Shown here in pieces: positions 35,601 through 48,388 of a stretch of 64,000 nucleotides of DNA. The number at the start of each line of letters is the position of its first letter. Position 1 is the stretch's first letter. The stretch lies in assembly GCF_006345805.1 (NCBI RefSeq), contig NC_043007.1, forward strand, positions 35,464,001 to 35,528,000, in the 5' to 3' direction. Below the pieces are notes generated by a model. The model did no database searches. It was given only the letters and a program-made list of their open reading frames with translations, and was not told where the DNA came from. Origin of the DNA: Octopus sinensis. Its lineage: Eukaryota. The translations under genes were made by a program, and so were the position numbers.

Positions 35601-35922
35601 TATTGATATGTTTACTGCCAAGCTATACTATGTTTTATGCATTTCTTCCAGTCCTTACGAATACATTTTCATGCTTCAAATTTCTCATACTTTATTCTTG
35701 CTTCTTTTGTTTATGACTTTCGGTCATAACTAATGTATTCGGATAAATATTTTGAGTCAACGATGTATTTATGTTTTGGACAAGGTTAATAGCAAATATT
35801 TGGTTTTCTCTGTGTGTACATATGTGGATATATATATATATATATATGTTTATGTATGTTTGTGTATGTACATATATATGTATCTGTATGTTTATTATTC
35901 GGGCATAACTTAATATGATTGT

Positions 35923-36014
<92 letters not shown>

Positions 36015-36034
36015 GGTGTGTGTACATATATATA

Positions 36035-36175
36035 CAGTGTGCGAAGGGTTAATTGTCGCCATTTTATATTTTTAATTTAGTGAATGCGCATTGTTTGTTA
36101 TTTCATATTGCCGATTACACAGTATAGTAGGGTCAGTTGGGCACCGCCTGTGAGAAAACAGGACCACGACACAAT
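36035..36175 (+). mobile_element. Probable Tc1/mariner terminal fragment
   Basis: TA|cagtgtgcgaagggttaattgtcgcc; related copy at about 58612-58705. Confidence 0.45.
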
Positions 36176-36208
36176 ATATAATAATAATAATAGTAATAAT
36201 AATAATAA

Positions 36209-36249
<41 letters not shown>

Positions 36250-36371
36250 TAAAGGGTAAAATTAATTAATCAATTTATAATTAATAATTTCACCAAGTAG
36301 TTCGGTATGTTAAAAGAACCATTATCGGTAAACTTATTCAAAAATTTTATAATTGTAAATATAATTATAAT

Positions 36372-36873
36372 TAGCGTTTATTAAAATTGCTAAACTGGGT
36401 TCTCGAGGTGGTCATTAAGCTCTGCAGTAATTTTGGGAGCTGTACATTTGTGATTCTTTCTAACAATTTGCGTAAGAGTAAAACGGTCCCTATCTGACAG
36501 TTTTGGTTTTCTTCCGAAGTTTTGTTTCGACGATGAGGTTTTTCCCTCTTTCTCAAAGACTGTCATTACTTTCGATACAGTACTCCTTGATACACCTAAC
36601 ATTTCGGCTGTTTTCCTACGCTTGCGCCTGCCATACGAGCACCAATAACTTTGACCTATTTGAAAGTTCGATAGATCTGTCATTTTAATGAATTTTAATT
36701 ATATTTTTCTGATGATATCTGAAAAGAAACAGCAATTTTAGCAAAACATATTTAGCAACACCAATAATAAAACAAAAAAACATAAAACTAAACAAGCTTA
36801 TGATGGTTTTATAGATATTTCAAAATTATGATGCTTTGATGCTAGGTGTTTCCATTATTTTGTTCAACCCCTG
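36372..36873 (-). mobile_element. Tc1 transposon 5' part: TIR plus N-terminal HTH of the transposase (36390-36683)
   Basis: TA|CAGGGGTTGAACAAAATAATGGAAACACC terminus; KTAEMLGVSRSTVSKVMTVFEKEGKTSS...GRKPKLSDRD...TAPKITAELN. Confidence 0.9.
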
Positions 36874-36914
36874 TATGTACGCATGTATATGTGCATATAT
36901 ATAATATATATATA

Positions 36915-36990
<76 letters not shown>

Positions 36991-37214
36991 GTATGTATGT
37001 ATGTATATAATATATATAGATATATATATATATATATAGATATATACATACACATATATATATGCGTGTATGAATGGGTGCATCTATGCATATAATTGCT
37101 TAACATTATATGCATGTTAGTATGTAATTCTACAAGTTGCCATGCTTACAGCATGGTTGCGCACACCCCACCCATATGTGTGTATATTTGTATAGATAGA
37201 TAGATAGATATTGG

Positions 37215-37390
37215 CGCGGGCGTGGTTGCATGGTAAGAAGTTTACTTCCCATCCACATGGTTCCAGGTTGGGTGTCACTGCGTGGTACCTTGGTATCTTC
37301 TACTATATCCTCGGGCCGACCAAAGCCTTCTGAGTGGATTTGGTGGACGGAATCTGAAAGAAGCCCATCGTATTTATCTCTCTCTCTCTC

Positions 37391-37446
<56 letters not shown>

Positions 37447-37680
37447 CTCTCTCTCTATATATAATATATATATATATATATATGCATATACCTATGTGTG
37501 TGTCCGTATTTGCTTCCCCTTCCTCGCATCACCGCTTGACAACCAGTGTTGTGTTTACGACAGAATAAGTACTAGGCTTAAAAGATAAGTCCTGGCGTCG
37601 ATTTCTTCGATTAAAAATCCTCCAAGGAGGTGCTCCAGCATGCCCGCAGTCAAATAACTAAAACAATTTAAAGAATATGT
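37215..37680 (+). mobile_element. SINE family C with internal (CT)n/(TA)n
   Basis: Head and tail match 9780-10155. Confidence 0.85.
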
Positions 37681-37684
37681 AGCT

Positions 37685-37995
37685 GGCACTGTCAGTTACA
37701 ACGACGTGTGTTCAAGTTAAGCCTGATCAACGGAACAGCCTGTCCACGAAATTAACGTGTACTGACCGAGCACCCCACCGACACGCGTGCCCTTAACGTA
37801 GTTCCCAGGAAGATGCATCGTGGCACCGAATGTGACAAGCTGGATCTTTGGATTACAGGTACGACACATTTTTGCCAGTTGTGTGAACTGGAAAAACGTG
37901 AAAAAAAGTGTCTTGGTCAAGGACACACTGCAGTGCTAGGAATCGAGCTTACAACTTTACGATCATGATCCAAATATTGTAACCACTTAGCCACG
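37685..37995 (-). mobile_element. SINE with D head and tail 1
   Basis: CORE-like head as at 39590, tail as in family B (gttaatttcgtggacaggctgttccgttgatc). Confidence 0.8.
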
Positions 37996-37999
37996 AGCC

Positions 38000-38309
38000 T
38001 TTGCTATATTATGTGTGTGTGCGTATGTATGTGTGTATGTGTGTATGTACGTATGTATGTGTGTATGTATGTATGTACGTATGTATGTACGTATGTATGT
38101 ATGTATGTATGTATGTATGTACGTATGTATGTGTGTATGTATGTATGTATGTATGTATGTATGTACGTATGTATGTATGTATGTATGTATGTATGTATGT
38201 ATGTATGTACGTATGTATGTGTATATGTATGCATGTATGTATGTATGTACGTATATATGTGTGTATGTATGTATGTATGTACGTATGTATGTATGTACGT
38301 ATGTATGTG

Positions 38310-38341
<32 letters not shown>

Positions 38342-38570
38342 CGTATGTATGTATGTATGTACGTATGCATATATGTATGTACGTATGTATGTACGTATGC
38401 ATGTGTGTATGTATGTACGTATGTATGTATGTATGTACGTATGTATATATGTATGTACGTATGTATGTATGTATGTATATATGTATGTATGTATATATGT
38501 ATGTACGTATGTATGTATGTATGCATGCATGTATGTACGTATGTATGCAGGGGTGTAAACAATAGAAGCG
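38000..38570. repeat. (TATG)n/(TACG) tetranucleotide array
   Basis: Directly visible. Confidence 0.95.
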
Positions 38571-39020
38571 ACCGTCCGGCGACTTTCATAAAATGTTTTC
38601 TTCATTTATATATTTATCCAGCTACTTGTATTAGCATTTTTAATTCAGAACATCAATATCTAAAGATTCACAGAAGCGAGAAGAAAAAAAACCCCAAAAA
38701 TTACAGGTGGTCTTTGTTATTAGCAGGTGTTTTTATTGTATGGTCTGCCCACATACTTTATTGAAGAAAAACACCTGTTATATGAAAAAAAAGAAGTAAA
38801 AAAACGAAAAACCACATCCTGTAGGTGTTTCTGATAACCGACACGACTTATCGTCTTTCCCTCCTCAGTGTCCACAAGAGTTTTGTAGGGTGTTCACGTA
38901 GAAAGGTGTATACACGCAGAAGGATGCGGTGGGAACAGGCGCCCGCCTCGCCAAAACTTAGCCTTATTTATTACATTCTACATGTCAAAGGTGAAAAACA
39001 AAGTAACCGTGAACATAACC

Positions 39021-39262
39021 TATTTCTTTATTACCCTCAAGGGGCTAAACACAGAGCGGACAAACAAGGACAGACATAGGTATTAAGTCGATTACATCGA
39101 CCCCAGTGCGTAACTGGTACTTAATTTATCGACCCCGAAAGGATGAAAGACAAAGTCGACCTCGGCGGATTTGAACTCACAACGTAACGCAGACGAAATA
39201 CCGCTAAGCATTTCGCCCGGCGTGCTAACGTTTCTGCCAGCTCGCCGCCTGTTTATAAAACT
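39021..39262 (-). mobile_element. SINE family A monomer
   Basis: 12-bp TSD gtgaacataacc (39009-20, 39263-74). Confidence 0.95.
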
Positions 39263-39527
39263 GTGAACATAACCACACTCTCTATACCAGTGGTATTCAG
39301 CCGGGGTCCACATGGCCCCTTGGGTGTCCATATGACCCTTTGGTGGGGTTCATATAAGACTTTTGGGGGTCCATACAAGCAAAATCGTAAAATAGGGTCC
39401 ACGATAGTGTTTTATGGAAGAAATTTTGCTTTTGATGTATTCATTGCAAGAAAAACAGCTGGGTTTCTTGCTCTGATATTTTCCATTAATATATATACGC
39501 GCGCGCGCACACACACAGGCACACACA

Positions 39528-39579
<52 letters not shown>

Positions 39580-39589
39580 ATATAGTAAA

Positions 39590-40090
39590 GGCTCATGGCT
39601 TAGTGGTTAGAGTATTTGGCTCATGATCGTAATGTTGTAAGTTCGATTTCTAGCAGTGCACTGTGTCCTTCAGCAAGACACTTTATTTCACGTTGTTCCA
39701 GTCCACACAGCTGTGGAGGCACATGGCCTAGTGGTTAGAGCAGCGGACTCGCGGTCGAGGGATCGCGGGTTCGAATCTCAGACCGGGCGATGTGTGTGTT
39801 TATGAGCGAAACACCTAAGCTCCACGCAGCTCCGGCAGAAGGTAATGGCGAACTTCCGCTGACTCTTTCGCCACAACTTTCTCTCACTCTTTCCTCCTGC
39901 ATCTTGCAGCTCACCTGCGACGGACCGGCATCCCGTCCAGGTGGGGAACCTATACGCCAAGGAAACCGGGAACCGGCCCTTATGAGCCTGGCGTGACTCG
40001 AGAAGGAACAAACCACACAGCTGGCAAAAATGTATTGTACCTGTAATTCAAAGGTCCATCTTGTTACATTCGGTACCACGATGCGTAGTT
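39590..40090 (+). mobile_element. SINE with D head and tail 1, split by a younger SINE
   Basis: Sequence is continuous once 39713-40023 is removed. Confidence 0.8.
39713..40012 (+). mobile_element. SINE with B head and tail 2, young
   Basis: Intact A box TGGCCTAGTGG and B box GGTTCGAATC; 11-bp TSD ccacacagctg (39703-13, 40013-23). Confidence 0.9.
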
Positions 40091-40246
40091 CAGCCTATAC
40101 AAGTGAATGTGTGGTAAACATAATAGGAATTTTGGAAGAAGTATTTATAAAATTAATTTTCAAACATCGAATGGCTATGGGGATCCACCATAATAAAATA
40201 GTAATCAAAGGCGACCAAAAAATTGTTGAGAACCACTGATCTCGAC

Positions 40247-40831
40247 CGGTACACCGCGGCACACTGGTGTGCCATGGGACGATGCTAGGTGTGCCGCAGT
40301 GTAACCTGAATACAATTTGTTCCCTACACTTTTAGTTATATTTTTAGCTTATGTGTGCCGCCGAATTTTGAAAAGAATACAAGGATCTTTTCGGTTTGAC
40401 CGGCAGTTTTTTAAAATAATTTCCACGTAACTAAACACTTTTAAACTTCGTATACTGGTAGAATGTGGTAGAATGTGTTTATAAAACATCTTTTTCTCTT
40501 GGCTTTATTGAGAAAATTCTATAGTTTGTAAGATATTTGGGTTTTTTTTCTTCAATTTCTGCAATTTCAGCCAATCAATGACGTCTATTGAGGTGAAAAC
40601 ATTCTGTGCCGTATGAATATGTCCATCATTTAAGAAACAGATTGGGTTTATTTACCCTAACCCTAACCCTAACTAACCCTAACCCTAAAACAGATTGAAA
40701 TGCAATAGATCGAAACTAAGGTCATAATTATGGGTGACAATTTCATATGACACCGCTAGAAAAACTGCCGTTCAAACAGAAAAGATCCGAATACAAGTGT
40801 ACCACAAGTGGAAAAAGGTTGCAGAGCACCG
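40247..40831. mobile_element. hAT MITE 2, interrupted by a Merlin MITE
   Basis: TSD atctcgac/atctagac (40239-46, 40832-39); right terminus aaaaggttgcagagcaccg; left terminus partly deleted. Confidence 0.65.
40383..40788 (-). mobile_element. Merlin-type MITE, copy 2
   Basis: Same TIRs as copy 1; perfect 8-bp TSD gaatacaa; (CCCTAA)n inside. Confidence 0.9.
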
Positions 40832-41739
40832 ATCTAGACTATCGATTCTAAAGTAAGTTGTTGGTGTATTTATTGTGAGAGATTGAGAATAACTTTGTCT
40901 TTACAGTTACGATCCAATATAGATCTAATATAAATTCAGGCCAAAACACAACCTTATTCTTAGATGTAAAGGCATTTACGCACAGTGAGATTATTATGTA
41001 CCTCTATAGATACATAATATTTGCTGTTAAATCCCTTCTGAGATAAGCTTTAAGATTTTCACTCAATTTTAAGTAAGGAAATCTTATGCACACACACACA
41101 CACACACACACACACCACACACACACACACCACACACACACACACACATACACACACACAATTAGTTAGCGATGGGTATCCCAACAGATTAATAAACTAG
41201 CTCATAACACAGTTAACCTCTTCGTTTAGGTGCATCATGAGCTGTAGGGTTCACAAGGCCGTAGCTTAAATCGGTTTCCATGGAATATATGAGACTAAGA
41301 TTGCAACACGCACCCCCCACCTCTTCGACCACCACCACCACCACCACCATCACTACTGAACGGGGCGCCGGTCTGTCGGAGGGTTAACTTCTCGGTGACA
41401 GAACTCATGACTGGACTGGTGCAACGCGATATGAAGTGATTATAACACAAACCATTATAATACAATCGTGGGTGTAAGACTTTAACCACAAGGTCATGCG
41501 CTTTCACCATAGAACAATACAAGAACAAAGTCATACATTCACGGATTCATCAATTGCAGCACTCACTAAAAATTTACAAACCGCATATATTATACACTAC
41601 GAGAACCAAATGAACATTGGTTATAAAATAGATGAATAAGTCATTTTTATACTAGTAAAACAAAATAATTCCATCATACCTGGTCACAAGCTTATAGCAA
41701 AAAATAAGTTACAATAAACACTATGAAATTACATCTTTG

Positions 41740-42157
41740 GGAACTTTTCGGTTTGACCGGCAGTTTTTTCTAGCGGTGTCATATGAGATTGTCACCCATA
41801 ATTATGACCCTAGTATCGATCTATTTCATTTCAATCTGTTTTAGGGTTAGGGTTAGGGGTGGGGGAAGGGTATCTTTTTTTCTTCACAAATGTAAATAAA
41901 CTCAATCTGTTTCTTAAACGAGGGACATATTCATACAGCACAGAATGTTTTTTTTAACCTCAAATAGACGTCAGTGATTGGTTGAAATTGCAGAAATTGA
42001 AGAAAAAACAACAAATATCTTACAAACTATAGAATTTTCTCAATAAAGCCAAGAGAAAAAGATGTTCTATAAACACATTCTACCAGTATACGAAGTTTAA
42101 AATTTTTTAGTTACCTAGAAATTATGTTAAAAACTGCCGTTCAAACCGAAAAGATCC
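41740..42157 (+). mobile_element. Merlin-type MITE, copy 3
   Basis: Same TIRs; TSD catctttg/catctatg. Confidence 0.9.
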
Positions 42158-42709
42158 CATCTATGAAACCACAGAACGTACTTCAATCAATGTAATATAA
42201 AATTACAGTCCAAGTTAGATGAAGAAGCATTGACTAGAATACATGCATGTGCAATCATATTTTACTCGTTTGTGTGCACTTCGACATGGGAAGACTTTTT
42301 GCTGCGGAATTAGTCTCGAGAGAAATTTTCCTTCTTAGTCAATATGTGTGGAAAGACATTGGGTTATGAATGGCGTCAGAGGATCGCAGGTTACAGCCGT
42401 TTCTGTGTCGCTGCTGGTCATCAGCTACAAATACCAACTAGTACCCATTATATCGTTCTTTTTGCCGAACCGCTAGGTTGCGGATGGCGTAAACACACCA
42501 ACACCGGTTATCAATCGGTTAGAAGGACACACACACATTTGTAGAGTCTTAAGGGATTTCGAGATTTTCCATATGAGTTCCTTCATGCTCAGTCGATCCA
42601 GCTAGAGTCAATCGAATCCCAAGTGCATCCAAGTTGCAGCAAACCACTGGTCCTTCCCGCTTTACTTGAAACCATTTAGTGACCTTCTTTGCAACTTCGT
42701 GATGGAGTG

Positions 42710-43095
42710 TATTCTTTTCTACTCTAGGCACAAGGCCCCAGATTTGGTGGGAGGGGGCTAGTCGATTAGATGAACCCCAGTACGCAACTGGTACTTAATT
42801 TATCGATCCCGAAAGGATGCAAGGCAAAGTCGACCTTGGCGGAATTTGAACTCAGAACGTAGCGGCAGGCAAAATACCTATTTTTTTACTACCCACAAGG
42901 AGTTAAACACAGAGAGGACAAACGGATTAAGTCGATTATATCGACCCCAGTGCGTAACTGGTACTTAATTTATCGACCCCGAAAGGATGAAAGGCAAAGT
43001 CGACCTCGGAAGAATTTAAACAGAACTTAAAGACAGACGAAATGCCGCTAAGCAGTTCGTCCGGCGTGCTAATGTTTCTGCTCGCTCGCTGCCTT
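42710..43095 (-). mobile_element. SINE family A multimer
   Basis: Head at the 43095 end, with the fixed junction at about 42870-42885. Confidence 0.85.
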
Positions 43096-43334
43096 TGAAT
43101 GTTGGTATGTGTTGCTCTACTAGTAGCTATATCAGTCACTCCAAATCCACTCAGAGTTTTTTGAGAGTGAACACTCTGTAAAACGCTGCAACCTACTTCA
43201 GTAGTCTCACAATTTGATCGTCAGCGTTGGTTTCTGCACTACACAAGTACTGGGATCGATATAATCGATTAGCCTCCTCCCCAAAAATCTCATGCCTTGT
43301 GTTTATAGCAGAAAATTTTATTGTTATTATTATA

Positions 43335-43665
43335 TTTTGTTTTGGCTCAGGTTCGGTCTTATTTCTGGTAGAATTTATGTGGGTAGCGGGTTACTACCTG
43401 TAACCTTAGTTATCCACAAGTTTTCAGCTGTCTTTCAAGTGCTTAGAACCCTCCTCATAATCCTTGCTGTCCCTAAGAGACAAACTTTCTGTAGGAGCTC
43501 TACAGGGCATTCTATTCCAATCTCCTTCAGCCGTTTTTCTATATCTTGGCTTACTGTTCCCAGCGCACCAATTATTATAGGCACGACCTTTACTGCTCTC
43601 AGACATACTGTTCTCAAATATAATTCTCTATATTTCAAATTTGAAAGGATTGTATTTTTTGTTGT
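43335..43665 (-). pseudogene. R4/Dong-clade LINE 3' end (restriction-like endonuclease C-terminus plus 3' UTR)
   Basis: VKVVPIIIGALGTVSQDIEKRLKEIGIECPVELLQKVCLLGTARIMRRVLST*, followed by a TAA-like tail. Confidence 0.85.
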
Positions 43666-43734
43666 TTTTCGTCCATCCTGAAATCCAGTTTCAATTTTCA
43701 GCTTCAAATCCCCATTTCTAACACATTTTTCAGT

Positions 43735-43738
43735 ATTG

Positions 43739-43789
<51 letters not shown>

Positions 43790-43835
43790 TATTATTATTA
43801 TGTTGTTGTTGTTGTTGCTGTTGTTGTTATTATTA

Positions 43836-43867
<32 letters not shown>

Positions 43868-43879
43868 TATTATATTATT

Positions 43880-43929
<50 letters not shown>

Positions 43930-43955
43930 TGATGATGATGATGATGATGATGATA
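43735..43955. repeat. (ATT)/(GTT)/(AAT)/(GAT) compound trinucleotide array
   Basis: Directly visible. Confidence 0.95.
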
Positions 43956-44475
43956 ATTCGTTCGTTTATTGGCCACAAGGGCTAACAAAAATCAATTAAA
44001 ACATAAACGGACAAAACACAGGACGAAAGTTACAAAGGGTTTTGTCCGTTTGAAAAAAGTCCGTGTACAAAAGCAGGATAACAACGAAATATAAGTAACA
44101 ATTAAAACTCCCAATAATAATAATAATAATAAAGACTGAAGACAGACACTGTCCTCTTCAGCCACGCCCTTGTCGTCTTTTTAAAATTTCACTTGAAAAG
44201 GAAGATATGGGTTGAGGGATGTGTGCTTCCCCCAAGTAAACTTGTGGAAATGTGGGTGAATGTGGCGAGGATAACCTGAATCAGTTGACCTACTCTAAGC
44301 TGACAACCGCAGGCTTGGGAACAAAGAGAGAGAAGAGCACTTGCCATGGTATGTTTATTGAAATCTCGGGGGGGGGGAGGTCCGTAGCTGCCACTGGGTG
44401 ATGTTTTCCCCTCTATTTGAGGAATTTAAAAAATCTTTTTGTTAATTGTTATTGTTCCTTTTATTGCTTACACTT

Positions 44476-44506
<31 letters not shown>

Positions 44507-44577
44507 TATATCTGCAGTTCTGTGTCTTTGCATTGTTCTAATTGCTTTTCCGGGGCCTTGTGGCAAATAAAAACCTA

Positions 44578-44815
<238 letters not shown>

Positions 44816-44816
44816 A

Positions 44817-44965
44817 TGTGAGAGAGTAGCGCATGCCATCAAAGTGACACTAAGTAACAAATATAGGAAGCCCAATATACCCATCATAACTAACCGTCGG
44901 ATAAGTATACGCGAAGCACATGCATCACAGCCATATGTGCACGACATGGTGATCTCATATCAAAA
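44817..44965 (-). mobile_element. (ATT)n-associated retroelement 3' end
   Basis: Homologous to 54220-54423; both directly abut (ATT)n. Confidence 0.7.
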
Positions 44966-44969
44966 TATT

Positions 44970-45170
44970 TGCTCTCTTCGGAGAGCAAATGGAAGAAGAT
45001 CAGTGTCTGCTCGTGGGTGATGGGCTCCTGCATCCATCGTTAAGAGCTTTCTTGATTTCCAGTTCATCTCCTTTAGCTCCACCTCTGTCCACTTCAGGAT
45101 TCCAGCAGTCATACTGAACTACTGCGACTGCGCGCGAGTTTGACATTCAGCTTTGAAGTCAATATTTTTC
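44970..45170 (-). pseudogene. R4/Dong-type ORF fragment from downstream of the RT
   Basis: AVAVVQY(frameshift)TAGILKWTEVELKEMNWKSRKLLTM..AHHPRADTD. Confidence 0.7.
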
Positions 45171-45219
45171 ACACTCGCCGCAGGTTTTCTGTTTTTTGTC
45201 TTTTCCTTCATATCGTTGC

Positions 45220-45505
45220 ATCATCATCATCATCATCACCACCGCCACCACCACCACTACCACCACCACCGCCACCGCCACCGCCACCACCGCCACCGCC
45301 ACCGCCACCACCACCACCACCACCGCCACCACCAACACCAACACCACCAACACCAACACCACCACCACCACCACCACCACCACCATCACCACCACCTCCA
45401 CCTCCACCAATACCACCACCACCACCACCACTACCACCACTACTACTACTGCTGCTGCTGCTTCTGCTACACCACCACCACCTCCTCCTCCTCCTCCTCC
45501 TCCTC

Positions 45506-45576
<71 letters not shown>

Positions 45577-45578
45577 AC
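45220..45578. repeat. Compound (CAT)(CAC)(CCG)(TAC)(TGC)(CCT) array
   Basis: Directly visible. Confidence 0.95.
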
Positions 45579-45599
45579 GCTAGTGCATACTAATTTACT

Positions 45600-45880
45600 T
45601 AGCAGCGAGGTTATCTTGATATTTGATGATGACAAGTCTCCTCAAACCTCAAGAAACAGACGTAGAATTTTTGTAGAATATAGGACGGTACTTTTCTGCC
45701 GGTCGCCAATGCGAGTTTCAATTCCAATCTCTTTCAGTCTTTTAGGAAGCATTTTTGGATGTTGTGCCCAGAGCACCAATTGCTACAAGAAATAACTGTT
45801 GTCTTGATCTTCCACAGTTTCCTCAATTCTCTGGCTAAATCCCAATATTTCACATTTGTTTTTGTTTTGTTTTTTTGTTC
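45600..45880 (-). pseudogene. Second R4/Dong-type LINE 3' end
   Basis: KYWDLARELRKLWKIKTTVI(frameshift)AIGALGTT...KRLKEIGIETRIGDRQKSTVLYSTKILRLFLEV*. Confidence 0.85.
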
Positions 45881-46580
45881 TTTTTTTTTCTTTTGCAATC
45901 TCTTTGCTGTCGAGTCTGCTACCACAGGGAATTGCAAAAATCTACGATCTTACAGTGTTTGTGTGTTTTATCTTCTAAGTCAACACATAAAACATCAAGA
46001 ATCTTGTCAAACATTGTAGCAACCCACTCACCTGAATTAAACTGAAAATTCAATTCAATTATCATTCTTCCATAAGAGAAAGCATATTCATTCCTATGCA
46101 TACATACGCGTATGTTTTTATTCCTGTGATTATGTATCGCATACAGTAAAATAAAAATAGTTAGTGGGTTGTATATCTCATATTTTATTTAGCAACAACT
46201 AAATATGCTTTAAGTATAGTAATATCTTTTGTTTCACTCAATGCTATGGTAGTTCATAAAAAAAAAAACATGGCGTTCTTTATTTCATAAGTAATTTTTT
46301 TGTTTCTATTTCCCTTGCTCTCTGCATTTGTCTTTCTTTCATTTCTGGTATTTTTTAAAAATCTCTTATCTATGTAATCACTACGTTATCTATTTTCTTG
46401 TCTGTCTTCAGCTTTTGGGCGACATATAAAAAAAAATTCTGTGTCTACACTGAGTATGTACATACGTATCAATAATGATTTTTAACTTAAGCGCAAAAAC
46501 CACCATTTTTTAATGCATACACACACACACATACACGCACAACACACACATATACATGCATATATATATATATACATATA

Positions 46581-46626
<46 letters not shown>

Positions 46627-46712
46627 ATAAATATATACATATATATATATATATATTATTATATATATATATATATATACATATACTATACATACATACA
46701 TACATACATACA

Positions 46713-46752
<40 letters not shown>

Positions 46753-46914
46753 GTATTATGCATATATTGTGGTTGTGCTGGTGGGGGTATAGTTGATTCG
46801 ATCGATGCCAGTACTTGCGTGTGGTTTCTTTGTTTTTATCACCCCCCTCCCCCGAAAAAAATATGGAAGGTAAAAATTATTCGCGGCGAAATTCATACTC
46901 AGTCTGCTTAAGAA

Positions 46915-47450
46915 TTCTGACACTATATTTCTGCCTTTGTTTCAAATAATTTTAGAAATAATAAAGAATTCAGTAAAATAACATCTTCAATATTACGCTG
47001 GTGTTTGGAACATAAACCACCATAAAATTTTGATAGATTTTAATTTACATTAGTTCAACCCTTGTTTTACCATATTTGTATTGAATACATTGTTCTTGTT
47101 CCAATTAATTTAGGAAATATTAAAGAATTCAGTTAAAGAATTTTGTCATTATTAGGCTGGTGTTCGGAACATAAATTAGCATGAAAGAAGGTTTCCATTT
47201 AGATCGCTTTAACCCTTTTGTCACTATATTTCTGCTTTAATACACAACATTAGTTTCAATTATTTTCGAAAATAAGGAAGAATTTTCTAAAATAACTTTT
47301 GTCATTATTAGGCTGGTGCATGGAACATGGACTAACATAAAATTTTGATTGATTTTCATTTAAATCATTTTAACCCTTTTGTTACCATTGAAATACATTG
47401 GCCTTATTTCAATAAATTGTGAAAATATTGAAAAATATTTTAATAACTTT
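46915..47450. repeat. Degenerate ~155-160-bp tandem repeat (about 3.5 units)
   Basis: Unit starts (t)taaccctt at 47055, 47209 and 47370, each containing ggctggtgt..ggaacata. Confidence 0.75.
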
Positions 47451-47714
47451 CTCGTTACAGGAAGTGCAAAAAATCGTATTAACCGGAACGGTTCATGTAC
47501 TGAGAAGAGCATTATCGCTGTGAAAACAACATCCATCCATGAATTTATTTATTTATTAATTTTTAAATACATATTTTATCTGTGAATTTTCGTGTGTAAT
47601 CTGGAAATGCATACAATGAGCTTCTCTGCCCTAGTGTATGGAAAACACCCGGCGAGAAGACGGAAGAAAATTTGACGAAAGAAGGAAAAACATAACATAA
47701 ACAATAATAATAAC

Positions 47715-47760
<46 letters not shown>

Positions 47761-47784
47761 TAATAATAATAATAATAATAATAT

Positions 47785-47835
<51 letters not shown>

Positions 47836-47844
47836 CAACCCCTT

Positions 47845-48050
47845 CTTCTACAGGCAGAAGGAATGAAATTTTGGGGCGGGGTCGCGTTGAATATGTCAAC
47901 TAGCCCTCGCTTAACGGTACTTATTTTATCGACCCTCAAAATGTGAAAGGCAAAGTCGGATTCGGCGTTATTTGAACACAGAAAATAAAGAAATGGAAGA
48001 TATGTTGCTGAGCATTTTGTCCGTGACTAACGATTCTGTCAAATCACTGC
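47845..48050 (-). mobile_element. SINE family A, diverged
   Basis: ggtacttattttatcgacc...gaaaggcaaagtcgga. Confidence 0.7.
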
Positions 48051-48286
48051 CCTGTCATTCAGCGTCAATAATAACTAAAGATTTAATTTAATCCTTTTTT
48101 TCAGTTCAAAAGAATAATCCTTAGGACGTGATCTGAGAAAGTGAAGATTATAGTTTGTTTGGAGTCATAATCTTTCAGTAATTCATTAAGGGTTCTGGAA
48201 TGGTCATGTCGTTAAGAAATTCACTTCATAACTACCTGTTTTTAGATTTTCAAATAGGTTTCAGTACCTTTTTTTATCATTCCTAG

Positions 48287-48329
<43 letters not shown>

Positions 48330-48353
48330 TTATTATTATCATCATCATTATTA

Positions 48354-48384
<31 letters not shown>

Positions 48385-48388
<4 letters not shown>

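Larger units (their letters stand above)
39288..40238. mobile_element. hAT (Charlie-like) MITE 1, interrupted by SINEs
   Basis: cagtggtattcagcc...gttgagaaccactg termini; flanks ctctatac and atctcgac resemble an NTCTAGAN target. Confidence 0.6.

Noticed and set aside
39713-39790. tRNA gene
   Set aside because: A and B boxes are present, but there is no acceptor stem or terminator and the sequence continues into a SINE body. The same applies to the other heads.
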